From IMG/VR virus record IMGVR_UViG_3300021961_000042, positions 1 to 64,000 of that record: DNA of 64,000 nucleotides; one strand, written 5' to 3'. How positions within the stretch are numbered: position 1 is the first letter of the stretch; every line of letters begins with the position of its first letter. A program made the translations under genes and the position numbers. A model generated the notes under the pieces. It worked only from the letters and a program-made list of their open reading frames with translations, had not been told where the DNA came from and did not search any database. The stretch is from a virus. Below, piece by piece: positions 18,501 through 29,153 of this stretch.

Positions 18501-21307
18501 AAGAAGAATTTAAAGAAATAGTATTACTTTTTGAACAATCCGAACCAAGAAAAACAGTATTTACTGAAGAAGATACGTATAAAACTTATTACGACAGTTT
18601 ATACAGTAATGACACAAAAGTGTTATATTTAGGTGATTATAGCGGAGCTAACCCATTGGCTTCTCAGGCACCTAATAAAATAATTAAATATGATAGTAGA
18701 AAGGGGTCTGGTAATAATAATTTTATAGACACGTTACCTAATAATACCGAATCTTTTTCATATGCTGAATATGTCGATGCTAGAGTTGATTCACTATCAG
18801 GTGTATTTGATTTTGGTGAAAATGAATTTACAACTTTAGAAAAAGAATTTTTACCAACAGTATTATCTACTTTAAAACAAGGTAAAAAAGTTTTTTTTCA
18901 AATTGAGGCTTCTGCAAATTCAAGTGGAAGAGATAATAAATCACTTTCAGAAAGAAGACTAAAAACTGTTGAAAATTTTATTAAAAATTTTGAATTGGAT
19001 GGAGATAAAATTAAAACTTATTTAGACAACGGGAATTTAACATATAAGTCAGAGGCTAAAGGAGATAATGCAAAAATAGATGAGCCAGCATATAAAGACA
19101 TTGATTGCCAAAAAAAGTTTAATGTTGATAGTGTTTACGATGGTAAATACTCAGTACAGGCCATGTTGTGTAGAAGAGTTAAAATAACTGGTTTAAAAAT
19201 CGATACCCCAACCGAAGAAAATAAAAAGGATCAAACAACGACTGACAATACTACTGAAAGTACAGGTGTAAACGAACTAGCAGGTCAAGATGACGAAAAC
19301 ACAACACCACCTTCTGAACAAATAAAAAAACAACAAGTAGTTACGACTCAAATTAAAGATAAAACAAATAAACTAAGAGCTGGTTTAACTAAAAGACTAC
19401 TAAGAAAGTTGTTAACTGAATGTAACTATTTTGATATGATTCAAGAACAACAACCAATGGTCTATGATGGAATAAAAAGTAAATTTAAAAATTTTCATCC
19501 AGTATTCCATTCGACAACACCTGAAGGTTTAAACGCTAGACTTACATTTTTACAACAGTGTGTAAGACCAGGGGACACAATACCAACTGCTGTTGATAAT
19601 GGGCAAGGAGGATTTACTTTACAATATAATGATGCATTTAATAGTGCATTTGGATCCCCACCAATTTTAGTTTTAAGAATAGGCGATTTTTTTCATACTA
19701 AAATAGTACCAAAAAGTATTTCATTAAAATATGATGATATAAAATATGATTTGAATCCTGAAGGAATTGGTGTCCAACCAATGATGGCTAATGTTACACT
19801 AAGTTTTGATTTTATTGGTGGACATGGAATAGCAGAACCAATCGCTAAATTACAAAATGGTTTATCATTTAACTTTTATGCTAATACAGAAATTTATGAT
19901 GAAAGGGCAGATGAAACTGAAAACTTTTTACAAGAAATAGATGACGAAGTTTTAAAAAGTATACAAGATGAAGTTGGAGACATAGACCCTAATAGACCAA
20001 GACAAAATGATGCTGGAGATACTATTGGAACAATTGAATCAAGTTTTGCGGACATAAATACAAATTTAATTTCAGGTAGAATTAATTATAAAGAAGTTAT
20101 GAATCAATTGATTGATAAAACTGCGGACATGGTTAATGGGTTCAATCAGACGATACAAAATACCATAGTAGTTAAAGGATGGGGAGGTTTAATTATTTTA
20201 ACAAAAGATAGAAAATATTCTGAAGGTTTATTTGACTATTTAAGTGGTAATACATCTAATAAGGTTAACATTATTGGAAAACCAGTTAATTACCAAGAAA
20301 AAATAGACGACCTTTTTCAAAAAATAAATCAAGACGTTGACGACGAAACAATTCCAATATTAGGAGGATTAGAGTTTCAAAAAGATTTTAAAAATCAAGA
20401 TATAAGAAAAATTAAAAGAAAAATTAAAGAAATACTTAATGAACAAAAAAATCTTTATCAACAACAATTAGATAAATTTGCCAACGATCTAGTAAAAAAT
20501 CAATTAGAATTTATTAAAATAACCGATAAAATTAATTTTGTTTCAAACCAAATAGACGGTAGAGAAAATAAAAGAGGAGGAGTTAACATTTATAATATAT
20601 CGGGAACATCACAAGTCGAAGCATCAAGTGTTGGTGCAACAAACACTTACGACGAGTTGAAAAACGATTTTTTAAAAATTAGAACAGACTTAAATGATTT
20701 TAATCAAATACTAAAAAATTATCAATTAATACCTAACGGTGATAAAAATGTTTATAATAGTGATTATTTATTCAATTTATATTTAGTTAATAAAATTGAA
20801 GATAATGAAGACGCCCCTGACGTTTCGGTGTTTGATAGAAGATTTGCAATGACTATGGGTGATTTATTAGTTGATAACTACGATTTTTTTGTTGATCAAA
20901 TAATTTCAGTTATTGATGGTTCAGTACAAAAAGAAAATTGGAAAAACTTCATATTTAAAAATTTAGGATTCAAAATTATATTTAGACCTCAAGGAAATCT
21001 ATATATACCAAATGTTTACAATCCAAATAATCCAGTTAATACATTATATACAAAATTAAAGAATAGTTTCGACAAATTGGCGGTTTCTATTTACAAAGAT
21101 AAATACACAAATGATGAAGTTTATAAAAGATTTTTTGGGGACGAAAATGCACTTAATTATAAACCGTATAATAGAGATAAACTTAGAAAATTTACTTACG
21201 AATCACAAGTCCCTATTGTACCACCAGATGATGAAAATTTAAGAGCTATTTGGTCTAATGTTGAATCGACTTGGGATTATTTTAACTTAAAAAGACAAAT
21301 GAAATAA
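15578..21307 (+). CDS. Giant baseplate/tube-initiator-like protein with ~52 aa N-terminal repeats and an internal OmpA-like domain
   Basis: GRIMWFPPY..FLGRVEPI..Y and PPILVLRIGDFFHTK..P..ANVTLSF tube-fold-like segments; ASANSSG..NKSLSERR..RRVKI. Confidence 0.6.
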   Translation: MESPLSFNSTENFRKKLITRNLRPYKVEGYFSYSEQLPINEIQIVDYSIIDSPPINFYQELKEPELIGLNKYSQSGGFGEVVPINTNLNSFSNFGEYDAYNQSIADNSALEQKGDQQENILRVLNKFNPENVSLGFGEPIVINVNKGTESNFGEYSFTASAPNITTEQSQIISYLANEYGPENKVNGFGEVVVININKQTDANKGEYEYTASERERTKEQSRRLAYVLNQYGPENLPNGYGNQEKYPHVNQNTKTNEGEYEYFSSEPNKTTEQSQSYAYIKNKYNTGDGAYDEITVEDLAQETINTPYISSETTFSFIPSEYNPVNIIQNENPTGSEGTLSQDSLLAQFAAKQLQKEFKARVAFELLQQTVGRTNLFTGEVDPATNTTSVRPNTDPFDALGIITNNIPIVQKNYKITGGPNSVANALSFTARLAGLYSPYSLIPGDYFDYPNKNFLSQATLNPVGAVAGVVGNLAQEISSLFIDQASEKFLTYTSDATKSLLFDQLFYNTYRPSYRFAGLSATNLLAPQSNFYVGITKNYIRDLVSPKMDLPKGRNNRPQDGPVYSYGEVGKDFEGSRISDFLFGLNSRNLFDSADPQGGFTWISKNNYLEPGTFVGPSNKKNILARFNTDSLFESSAFRPLFDKTKSTNVTFTDGSILDITQKLIDAGNKSTRKLEHVGNAINQVSKVFNDGYIELTKGSRVIRYVTPTSKKPNGEPAEVKGYEYCRLFTKDRPYYTYNELQKADGLIRSGGKSTYSVLDNTYNLNIAPMRGKGSTNLDNKGKVKKYMFSLENLAWRTSDRNGFRVEDLPACEIGPNGGRIMWFPPYNLSFDEGSTASWQDHTFLGRVEPIKTYKNTVRTGSISWSMVVDHSSVMNLLLDKELQNVKDNSEVTRIVDSFIAGCLKYDIYDLLKKYREFTLSDVYEVINELSTVEQYKDYFETIQKPTVTKTTEIDKTGQVNNNENQGQEDISQKEEFKEIVLLFEQSEPRKTVFTEEDTYKTYYDSLYSNDTKVLYLGDYSGANPLASQAPNKIIKYDSRKGSGNNNFIDTLPNNTESFSYAEYVDARVDSLSGVFDFGENEFTTLEKEFLPTVLSTLKQGKKVFFQIEASANSSGRDNKSLSERRLKTVENFIKNFELDGDKIKTYLDNGNLTYKSEAKGDNAKIDEPAYKDIDCQKKFNVDSVYDGKYSVQAMLCRRVKITGLKIDTPTEENKKDQTTTDNTTESTGVNELAGQDDENTTPPSEQIKKQQVVTTQIKDKTNKLRAGLTKRLLRKLLTECNYFDMIQEQQPMVYDGIKSKFKNFHPVFHSTTPEGLNARLTFLQQCVRPGDTIPTAVDNGQGGFTLQYNDAFNSAFGSPPILVLRIGDFFHTKIVPKSISLKYDDIKYDLNPEGIGVQPMMANVTLSFDFIGGHGIAEPIAKLQNGLSFNFYANTEIYDERADETENFLQEIDDEVLKSIQDEVGDIDPNRPRQNDAGDTIGTIESSFADINTNLISGRINYKEVMNQLIDKTADMVNGFNQTIQNTIVVKGWGGLIILTKDRKYSEGLFDYLSGNTSNKVNIIGKPVNYQEKIDDLFQKINQDVDDETIPILGGLEFQKDFKNQDIRKIKRKIKEILNEQKNLYQQQLDKFANDLVKNQLEFIKITDKINFVSNQIDGRENKRGGVNIYNISGTSQVEASSVGATNTYDELKNDFLKIRTDLNDFNQILKNYQLIPNGDKNVYNSDYLFNLYLVNKIEDNEDAPDVSVFDRRFAMTMGDLLVDNYDFFVDQIISVIDGSVQKENWKNFIFKNLGFKIIFRPQGNLYIPNVYNPNNPVNTLYTKLKNSFDKLAVSIYKDKYTNDEVYKRFFGDENALNYKPYNRDKLRKFTYESQVPIVPPDDENLRAIWSNVESTWDYFNLKRQMK

Positions 21308-21308
21308 T

Positions 21309-21626
21309 ATGGAGTATTATGATAGATATAGAAGTTTTTTAATAGACGGAAGACAGACCGTCGTTCCGTTTGTTACTTTACCACCTAGACCATCAGACCA
21401 AAAATTTATATATAGAAAAAATCAATCTAGACTCGATAAACTTAGTTTTGAAAAATATGGTACACCATATTTCGGTTGGTTAATTTTACAAGCAAACCCA
21501 TCTTTTGGTGGTTTAGAGGAAAACATTCCTGACGGATCTGCAATTATTGTACCTTTTCCTTTGATAGCAGCACTACAAGACTACAAAAACGCTGTGGACA
21601 CATATATATTTTATTATGGCAGATAA
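21309..21626 (+). CDS. LysM-like baseplate protein (gp53/tail X-like)
   Basis: RLDKLSFEKYGTPYFGWLILQANP...IPDGSAIIVP. Confidence 0.75.
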   Translation: MEYYDRYRSFLIDGRQTVVPFVTLPPRPSDQKFIYRKNQSRLDKLSFEKYGTPYFGWLILQANPSFGGLEENIPDGSAIIVPFPLIAALQDYKNAVDTYIFYYGR

Positions 21627-24600
21627 GTTTCAGCAAGAAAAAATTTATATAGAAACCGATTATGATAATATAATATTAATCGACCCTAACAAAGTATTAA
21701 TAGGGAACCAAGTTCAAGACAGATTAGTTAGACATGAGGACTTAGTTTTTTATGCAAATTTAGAGGCTAGGGTAATACCTAGAACAAAATTAGCGGTTGG
21801 AGAAAGTTTTGATAGTCCTGTTGTAAATACTTTAGTTGCCACAATACAAGGACAATCAGATTCATTTGAAAAATTAAATTTTCTACAACCAAAAGGGAAA
21901 AAAGTTTTTGACACAAGCTGGTCAGATCAATTTACGGGAAAAGGATCAAGACAAGGTTTAGGTGCAAATCAAACAGGTGAAAGATTTGAAGCAAAAGACG
22001 GAACTATTAGGTCGTTTAGAAATGTTAGAAATTATGAAGACACCCAAGCATTAGGTATTAAATCCATAAGTATTAATATCAAACCAAATGCGGGTCCTGG
22101 TGGATATGTTCCTGATGTTAAAATTGCACTAACAGACGTTGGAGGTAAAACTTTATTTGAACAGGGAGAGAATTCAATATATTCTACATTTTTTAATTTA
22201 CCGTACCCGCAATTTTACTTAACAGTAAAAGGTTTTTATGGTAAGGCAATTAGATATACTTTGTTCATGACAGATTTTAGCGCTAAATTTAATGACGATA
22301 CGGGTAGTTTTGATATCGACATAAAACTAACATCAAACTTAGTTTCACTTTTACAAGACACGTCTCTTACATATGCTAAAACGGCACCTAAAATGTTCCC
22401 AATAATTGTTGCAAAAGGAGGAACATCTAACAATGCACCTGGAGGGTCAAATACATCTGTAAAAAATTTAGACGTAGATTACTTAGGTAGACAAATTTTA
22501 AATCAAGTATACCAAGAATATGAAAATAAAAAGTTAATCTCACCAGGATTCCCAAGATTAACAATAGATCAATTTATAAAAAATACTGATGATTTTGTAA
22601 CTTCAATAAAACAAAGTATTGAAAAAAAAGACTTTATTGCTCTAAATGATATTAAATCTTTTAGGGAAGAATTGAATGAAATTAAAGATAGAAATTATAC
22701 TGTTTTATTAAGTAGGTATTTAGATACTACTAATTATATATCTTATGATGACGGTAAAGGACCACAAATTTACTATGATTTTAAACAAACAATCCCTTTA
22801 GAAAAAAGAAATGAGATTGAAACCGCGATAAAAAATGAAATAAAAAATAGTGTTGAAATACTACAAAAAAATAAAACTTTTGGTATTGGTGGTTTCTACA
22901 CAATAGGGGGTAAAAGTTTTCCATCTGAAATACCTGTGTCTTTTTCTGAAGACGAATTGTTTGTAAAAATAACACCGGATAAATTAAGTGATAAAGACTT
23001 TATTAACACATATACAATTAGATATGGTAGAACACCTGATCAGGCCGAACTAATTGATTTTAAAGTTCAACTACTTTTGGTTTTACAAAATGCAGAAACA
23101 AGGTTAGATCCAAATACTAACCAACCTATAAGTACCGAACCAACCTATATGAAATTTGGAATTACTGATCCAAATAATCAAACACTTTTTCCTGGTGGGT
23201 TTTTAGATAGAATTAATAATTATCAACAACAGTTAACTGCAAAAGAACAAGAAATTGAAACAAAATTTTCTAATGAATTATCAGATAGGGTAACAAAGGT
23301 AGATGGGACATTAGGGTTCAAACCAACGATTAGAAATATTATGGCAATAATAATTGCCGGTTGTGATACATTTTATAGATTAATGGATAGAACTCATAGA
23401 TTAGCTTGGGATAAAAGAAACGACCCTTTAAGGATAAAAAGTGTAATACCTGCTGAAAAATCTTCAGGAATAGATTCAAAAAATGTTGTAAACTACTCAA
23501 CAGGAAAATTAAACGAACAAAATGTTGTATATCCTTGGCCAACATATTATGTTCAAGAAAAACTACAAGATGGAAGGGAAAGTTTTGTTGTTAGATATTT
23601 GGGAGATCCTAAATATGCTTCTAAAACATTTGCATTTGATTATGCAACATGGCCTGAAATACATTTTACTGAAAACTTTTTGGATGCTTCTGTTAGAAAG
23701 GCAAGCTCATCACAACAAAATGTTTATCAGAATTTGCAAAACATACAAAATTTTACAACTGTAAATGCATTAGAGTTTCCATTTAAAAACAAACCATATA
23801 ATAGTACAACAGAATTAAGTATAATGTATGAGTTATATGAAAGGTTATATGTTTTATCAAATTATAGTAATATATTGGCAAAACAATTTAACCCACAGAG
23901 TTTACAGGCAGACACATTTGTTTCACATTTAGAGGCGCAAAATATAATTAATGCAATAACTGAAAACTTTACAGTACAAGAAAAATTAAAAAACACAAAC
24001 TTTAATTATGAAAATGCTTTTAATTATTTAAAAACGTTGGCAAATAATGGGACCTCAGATCATTGGTTAAATTTAGAAAGAGGTATTTTTAATACACCTT
24101 ATTTACAAAATTTAACAGAAAATAGTTTTGGATTATATAGTAAAAAAAGTATTGATGGGTACACCTTGGCTTTAGAAAATAACGATCCTTTAGCTCCGAA
24201 ATTTAAACAATATGTTGAAGAAAGAAAAGAACTTGATTACGAGCAAGACGATATATTATCTAAATCATATATTACCGAAAAGACACTAACATTTTTAGAT
24301 GACATTAAAGTTTTGGCAAGACTTAAAAAAAATGATTATTATACAAATATTTTACCATATTTTTCATTAAATTTTATTGTAAATAACAGTAAAAAAGATA
24401 TTTTAGTAAACCCAACAACAAATAATCCTGTAAATAATTTAATAGAACTTAAAGATTATCTCTCAAAAGGAGAAGAAAACTTAAATTTTACAGAAAAAAA
24501 CTATAGTGATATACCAAGTTATTCAGGAAATGTTTCAAGTTCACAAATAAATAGTAATATTAATACACCATATTTTGTAAATGCATTACAAAAAGGAGTT

Positions 24601-27600
24601 GAATTAGAAAAATCGGGAAACACCACAACCGCTTATGTTGCCTTAGGTTATATGTACTTAAATTCATATCTCATTCCTTTAGCGTATTATAATACTTACG
24701 ACAAAGATTTTAACAATATTGATATTTTATTTTCTGATAACATTATATCTAAATTAGATGAATATGAATACTCACAAATTTTAAAAATTGGATCATTATA
24801 TCATAGATATAAAAAATATATAGAGACAGGAGAAGATATTTTAGATGGTGTTATTAATGACTTTGATTTTACAAAAAATTATGACCCATTATCACAAAAT
24901 TTAGAAAAAATATATAAAATAAAAAATTATACAGGAGGGTCACAAGATTTTATTTGTCAGTATAAAAAAATAGACGCAAATGATAATACTAAATATGTTG
25001 ATATTATTAACACAGGGTTTTACCCGAAACTTATTTCAGATGTACATTACTATTTTACTGGTAAAGATTTATTTACAGGTTATACTGAAAGTGAATTTAC
25101 AGATGCTTATACCGCAGGAACATTAAATATTGGAGTTAATAAAGATGCATCATACTTTATGCCTTTCGGTAGTGACCCAAATAACTTAAAAAGAAGTATT
25201 ATTTTAAATCCATATTTTTCTTATTTAACTTTCGATAAAAACTACAATATAGATGCACAAAATAAGATTCACATTTTAATACCCTCAAATGGAGGCATAC
25301 CATTAAATCAAGCAAAATTTGAATTTTTTAAAAATGATAAATTAACTTATGAAATTTTAAGTAGTAAAGAATTATTTAATGGTTCTGTTAGAACACTATG
25401 GGGACAACCAAATTATGGATTTTTCCCAAAAACATCAAACATATTAGAAAATAATATTTTTCTTAGTCCGTACCAAGATCTTTTTGAAGGTAATAGTTTA
25501 GGTTATTATTTTAAACTATTTAGAAAAGAAATATTGGATAAATTTGAAGAATTATTTTTAGGTTTTTGTAAAAAAAGACCAGAACCTAAAGATGTTCTAA
25601 TTTTAGAAGATGATGTACAAGACCCATCTTATTTTTCTTCAGGTGGTATAACATCATTAAAAAATAGAAAATTATTTGATCAAATGTTATCTATTTTTTC
25701 AGTAAATGATGCATCATCACCATTAACAAAAATACAAGAAAATAACGATGGACTAAGTTTAGCAACCACACAGAAAAAAAATAATGCGAATACTTTCAGG
25801 GAATTTTTGATAGAAAATCCTATTATTTTTAAAAATGGTAATCCATTAAATTTTAACAGAAAATTATTTACAAGTTTAACAACTATACCTGAATTAAAAA
25901 ATTTACAACCAATCACATTTTCACCATACGTACCAGGAACTTTACCAGGTGATGGTATATTGACAGGAACAAGCGCACTTTTAACAAGTAAAACTTTGAG
26001 TCAAAAAAATGTAGATGCTTGGAAGTCTTTACTATTACACAATTATAATGGTAATTTTAATGATGTTTATATCTCATATAATAATACTGGTTGTACAATT
26101 ACAGATTTTTTTATAGATATGAATATTGAATTTACAAAAGAAAATGTAGAAACATGTGAGGAATTAATAAAAAGATATTCATTACAAAAGTTTTATGCAA
26201 TTTCTAATGGTAATATCTATAACAAAACAAACTTCATTTCATACATAGATAACCTGTTACAAGAAAATTTAGACACACAAAAAAATCTCACAAACCAAGT
26301 GTTTCAATATATGAGAGATAAAATACCGGGAGTTAGTTTACAAACAAATAGTAATCAAGGAAATATAAGTGGGGACATTAATAAACTATCAACATATATA
26401 CAATTACAAACATTCAATAATAGATGGACGGCTGGAAGTGATTTATTAACAAGACCATTATTTGAAGATTTTCTTTTTATGAATACCGCCAATGCGGATA
26501 TTGGAGATCAATTACAATTTTTTCTTGATGATGTTACAAAATATTTGAAAATGGAAAAAAATATGACCGTTTCAGATGTAATAGGTCACATACTAAATGA
26601 AGATAGAACCACACTATTTTATGCAACACCATCGTTTATAAATTTTAACGGAGTGTTAGATGCGGAAAATTACGATAAACCAACAGATATAGATATTCCA
26701 AATAGTCTTTTTGGAACTTTTAGAAACGTTAATTACTTAGATTCAAGACAAAAATTTATATTCTTATATGTTGGAAAAACATCTGAACATCCGGCATTAA
26801 ATGATAACAGAAATGTCGTATATGGTGATGACTCTTTTGATATTAGAAATCAAGCCGACTGCCCAATAAGGATACCACAAACACCTGAAACTAATTTTTA
26901 TAAAACAAATAAAATAGTCGGATTTAATGTTGATTTTGGTATAAGAAATCAGAACATGTTTAAAAAGTTTTCAGTTGGTATGGGTGGAGGTAAAGAAACG
27001 GCAACAACATTCAAGGTGAATGAGAGACTTGCAGGTGGATCTACAGGAGATAAGGTCGCCCAAGAGACACAATCAATGTATTCTTACTATAAATCGTTAA
27101 GTTATAATATAGATGTTAGTGGAATGGGTAATGTAATGATTCAACCTTTAATGTATTTTAATTTAAGACACATTCCATTATTTTATGGACCATATCAAAT
27201 TTTAGAAGTAACACACACAATTAACGAGTCATCATTTGAAACAAAATTTAATGGAGTTAGAATACCTAAGTATGCTTTACCAGATGTAGATAGTATATCT
27301 ACATTTGTTAAGAAAAATTATTTGGAAAAATATAAAAGTGAAATTTTAAAGGCGAATAATGAAAATAGATATCAAGAAGATATTGAGACAATTTTAGATC
27401 CATCAAAACAAAGTAATGAACCAAAAACCTCACCAGAAGAAGAGTGTAATAAATTAGTAATTAACGATTACAAAACATTACCATATGTTAATAATAAAAT
27501 AACAACAATATCAATAGGTGAGTTAGTATTAAAAATTAAAAATAAACAACCTGAAAAATATGTTGACGCATTAATTTTATTATTGTTAATGTCTAGACCA

Positions 27601-28089
27601 ACAAACTTATTTGATAATAAACCAATAAATAATGTTGAAGCGACAACACTAACAAATGACGGAATTGTCTCATGTATCAATAATAATGTGTTTCTTCTAT
27701 CCGCGAATAATTTGTATGCCGCTAATCCTGCATTATCTAAATTAACTTGTGTTAGTTTTCCTGAAGGTGCAGTTCCTTTATTTAGTTTTGATGATGTTGA
27801 CGGAGGTTTAGAAACAATAAACGGTATCTTAGGATCTACCGCACCAATAATAGAGGCGATTAAAAATTCTGCAAAAACAACTAACCCATCTTTAAGTGAT
27901 AAAGAAGCTTATTCCACAGCAATATCGGCACTTTTATTTGCATATGACACAAAGTTTTTATTTACAGGAACAAGGACAGGGCAAGATATATATGATTTTT
28001 ATAGACAAAAAATAGTATCAGGTGAAATCACAACTGATTATGCAACTTACTTATTTGCTCTTGCATCTATATGTATAGATAAATTTTAA
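21616..28089 (+). CDS. Giant baseplate hub protein (gp27/gpD-like), 2157 aa
   Basis: N-terminal LGIKSISI..FFNLPYPQFYLTVKGFYG; C-terminal GMGNVMIQPLMYF..GPYQILEVTHTI..FETKFNGVR typical of hub proteins. Confidence 0.65.
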   Translation: MADKFQQEKIYIETDYDNIILIDPNKVLIGNQVQDRLVRHEDLVFYANLEARVIPRTKLAVGESFDSPVVNTLVATIQGQSDSFEKLNFLQPKGKKVFDTSWSDQFTGKGSRQGLGANQTGERFEAKDGTIRSFRNVRNYEDTQALGIKSISINIKPNAGPGGYVPDVKIALTDVGGKTLFEQGENSIYSTFFNLPYPQFYLTVKGFYGKAIRYTLFMTDFSAKFNDDTGSFDIDIKLTSNLVSLLQDTSLTYAKTAPKMFPIIVAKGGTSNNAPGGSNTSVKNLDVDYLGRQILNQVYQEYENKKLISPGFPRLTIDQFIKNTDDFVTSIKQSIEKKDFIALNDIKSFREELNEIKDRNYTVLLSRYLDTTNYISYDDGKGPQIYYDFKQTIPLEKRNEIETAIKNEIKNSVEILQKNKTFGIGGFYTIGGKSFPSEIPVSFSEDELFVKITPDKLSDKDFINTYTIRYGRTPDQAELIDFKVQLLLVLQNAETRLDPNTNQPISTEPTYMKFGITDPNNQTLFPGGFLDRINNYQQQLTAKEQEIETKFSNELSDRVTKVDGTLGFKPTIRNIMAIIIAGCDTFYRLMDRTHRLAWDKRNDPLRIKSVIPAEKSSGIDSKNVVNYSTGKLNEQNVVYPWPTYYVQEKLQDGRESFVVRYLGDPKYASKTFAFDYATWPEIHFTENFLDASVRKASSSQQNVYQNLQNIQNFTTVNALEFPFKNKPYNSTTELSIMYELYERLYVLSNYSNILAKQFNPQSLQADTFVSHLEAQNIINAITENFTVQEKLKNTNFNYENAFNYLKTLANNGTSDHWLNLERGIFNTPYLQNLTENSFGLYSKKSIDGYTLALENNDPLAPKFKQYVEERKELDYEQDDILSKSYITEKTLTFLDDIKVLARLKKNDYYTNILPYFSLNFIVNNSKKDILVNPTTNNPVNNLIELKDYLSKGEENLNFTEKNYSDIPSYSGNVSSSQINSNINTPYFVNALQKGVELEKSGNTTTAYVALGYMYLNSYLIPLAYYNTYDKDFNNIDILFSDNIISKLDEYEYSQILKIGSLYHRYKKYIETGEDILDGVINDFDFTKNYDPLSQNLEKIYKIKNYTGGSQDFICQYKKIDANDNTKYVDIINTGFYPKLISDVHYYFTGKDLFTGYTESEFTDAYTAGTLNIGVNKDASYFMPFGSDPNNLKRSIILNPYFSYLTFDKNYNIDAQNKIHILIPSNGGIPLNQAKFEFFKNDKLTYEILSSKELFNGSVRTLWGQPNYGFFPKTSNILENNIFLSPYQDLFEGNSLGYYFKLFRKEILDKFEELFLGFCKKRPEPKDVLILEDDVQDPSYFSSGGITSLKNRKLFDQMLSIFSVNDASSPLTKIQENNDGLSLATTQKKNNANTFREFLIENPIIFKNGNPLNFNRKLFTSLTTIPELKNLQPITFSPYVPGTLPGDGILTGTSALLTSKTLSQKNVDAWKSLLLHNYNGNFNDVYISYNNTGCTITDFFIDMNIEFTKENVETCEELIKRYSLQKFYAISNGNIYNKTNFISYIDNLLQENLDTQKNLTNQVFQYMRDKIPGVSLQTNSNQGNISGDINKLSTYIQLQTFNNRWTAGSDLLTRPLFEDFLFMNTANADIGDQLQFFLDDVTKYLKMEKNMTVSDVIGHILNEDRTTLFYATPSFINFNGVLDAENYDKPTDIDIPNSLFGTFRNVNYLDSRQKFIFLYVGKTSEHPALNDNRNVVYGDDSFDIRNQADCPIRIPQTPETNFYKTNKIVGFNVDFGIRNQNMFKKFSVGMGGGKETATTFKVNERLAGGSTGDKVAQETQSMYSYYKSLSYNIDVSGMGNVMIQPLMYFNLRHIPLFYGPYQILEVTHTINESSFETKFNGVRIPKYALPDVDSISTFVKKNYLEKYKSEILKANNENRYQEDIETILDPSKQSNEPKTSPEEECNKLVINDYKTLPYVNNKITTISIGELVLKIKNKQPEKYVDALILLLLMSRPTNLFDNKPINNVEATTLTNDGIVSCINNNVFLLSANNLYAANPALSKLTCVSFPEGAVPLFSFDDVDGGLETINGILGSTAPIIEAIKNSAKTTNPSLSDKEAYSTAISALLFAYDTKFLFTGTRTGQDIYDFYRQKIVSGEITTDYATYLFALASICIDKF

Positions 28090-28118
28090 ATTAACGATAT
28101 ATTTATAATAAAAAAACT

Positions 28119-28346
28119 ATGAGCAATATTAAAAATTTATTAGATGATTATTTGAAAAAAGATACTAGATTATCTGAAAAACAAATAGATGCGGATCACA
28201 AACAAGTTTGTGATTTAGATACCGGTGATTGTTATACTATTAGAATGAAAGATGGTTTAATAGAAAGAGTGGACAATACACTTAAAACAAATAGAACATT
28301 AAGGGTAGAAACACCTACAGGTGTTAAAACATTATTGAACGGTTAA
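28119..28346 (+). CDS. Hypothetical protein (75 aa, CDLDTGDC motif)
   Basis: ORF with TATTTAT motif upstream. Confidence 0.6.
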   Translation: MSNIKNLLDDYLKKDTRLSEKQIDADHKQVCDLDTGDCYTIRMKDGLIERVDNTLKTNRTLRVETPTGVKTLLNG

Positions 28347-28357
28347 AAATAATAAAA

Positions 28358-29053
28358 ATGAGTGTAGATAAGAAAATATTACAAGAAATAGAAAGAATTA
28401 AAAATATAAATAGATATATCCTTAACGAACAAGAACCACCGGCTGAACCACCGGCTGAACCACCTGCGGCACCTCTTGGAGGTGAAGAAGGACCTATAGG
28501 AGATATCCCACCTGGAGGAGAACCAGGAGCGGCACCTGGAGGAGATACAGGAGCAGCACCCCCAACAGGAGGTACTGAAGTTCCTGAACCTGTAGATGTT
28601 GCGACTGATCCTGACGTAGAGGAAGTAGGGGCAGAAACCGAAAATGCTGAAGGAGAGGAAGAATCAGAAGAAATAGACATCACAGATTTAGTTACAACTC
28701 AACAAGAAATTAAAGATAAACAAGACGGGTTTATGGATGATATGATTTCTAAATTAGATGAGTTACAGTCTAAGTTACAAAGTATGGATCAAATTTTGAA
28801 TAAAATAGAAAATTTAGAAAAAAAGTTTGATAGATATAGAGATAAAACACCTGAAGAAAAACTAATGCTAAGATCTTTAGATTCTTACCCTTATAATCAA
28901 AAACTTACTGATTTTTTTGACGATAAAAAAGTTGATATGGAAAAATCAGGAAAAAACGAATATGTATTAACATCAGATGAAGTTGAAAACTTTTCACCAA
29001 ACGAAATTAAAAAAACGTTTAATATTTATGACGACGAGGAAGAACAAATGTAA
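28358..29053 (+). CDS. Acidic Pro/Gly/Glu-rich coiled-coil protein, possible head-internal/scaffold-like
   Basis: Low-complexity EPPA/PGGE segment, coiled coil, LRSLDSYPYNQKL motif. Confidence 0.5.
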   Translation: MSVDKKILQEIERIKNINRYILNEQEPPAEPPAEPPAAPLGGEEGPIGDIPPGGEPGAAPGGDTGAAPPTGGTEVPEPVDVATDPDVEEVGAETENAEGEEESEEIDITDLVTTQQEIKDKQDGFMDDMISKLDELQSKLQSMDQILNKIENLEKKFDRYRDKTPEEKLMLRSLDSYPYNQKLTDFFDDKKVDMEKSGKNEYVLTSDEVENFSPNEIKKTFNIYDDEEEQM

Positions 29054-29058
29054 AAACT

Positions 29059-29083
29059 AAGGGACCCACAAGGTCCCTTTTTT
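29059..29083 (+). terminator. Rho-independent terminator
   Basis: AAGGGACC-CACAA-GGTCCCTT followed by T run. Confidence 0.8.
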
Positions 29084-29084
29084 A

Positions 29085-29115
29085 TTTGACAATCGTAGAA
29101 AATCACTTATATTTG
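29085..29115 (+). promoter_or_regulatory. Host-type (Bacteroidota primary sigma) promoter for the replication operon
   Basis: TTTG (29085-88), 19 nt spacer, TATATTTG (29108-15) = TAnnTTTG; also reads as TTGACA..TATATT. Confidence 0.65.
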
Positions 29116-29153
29116 TTATAGATAAAAGAGTTAAAAATTAAAAACAAAAATCT

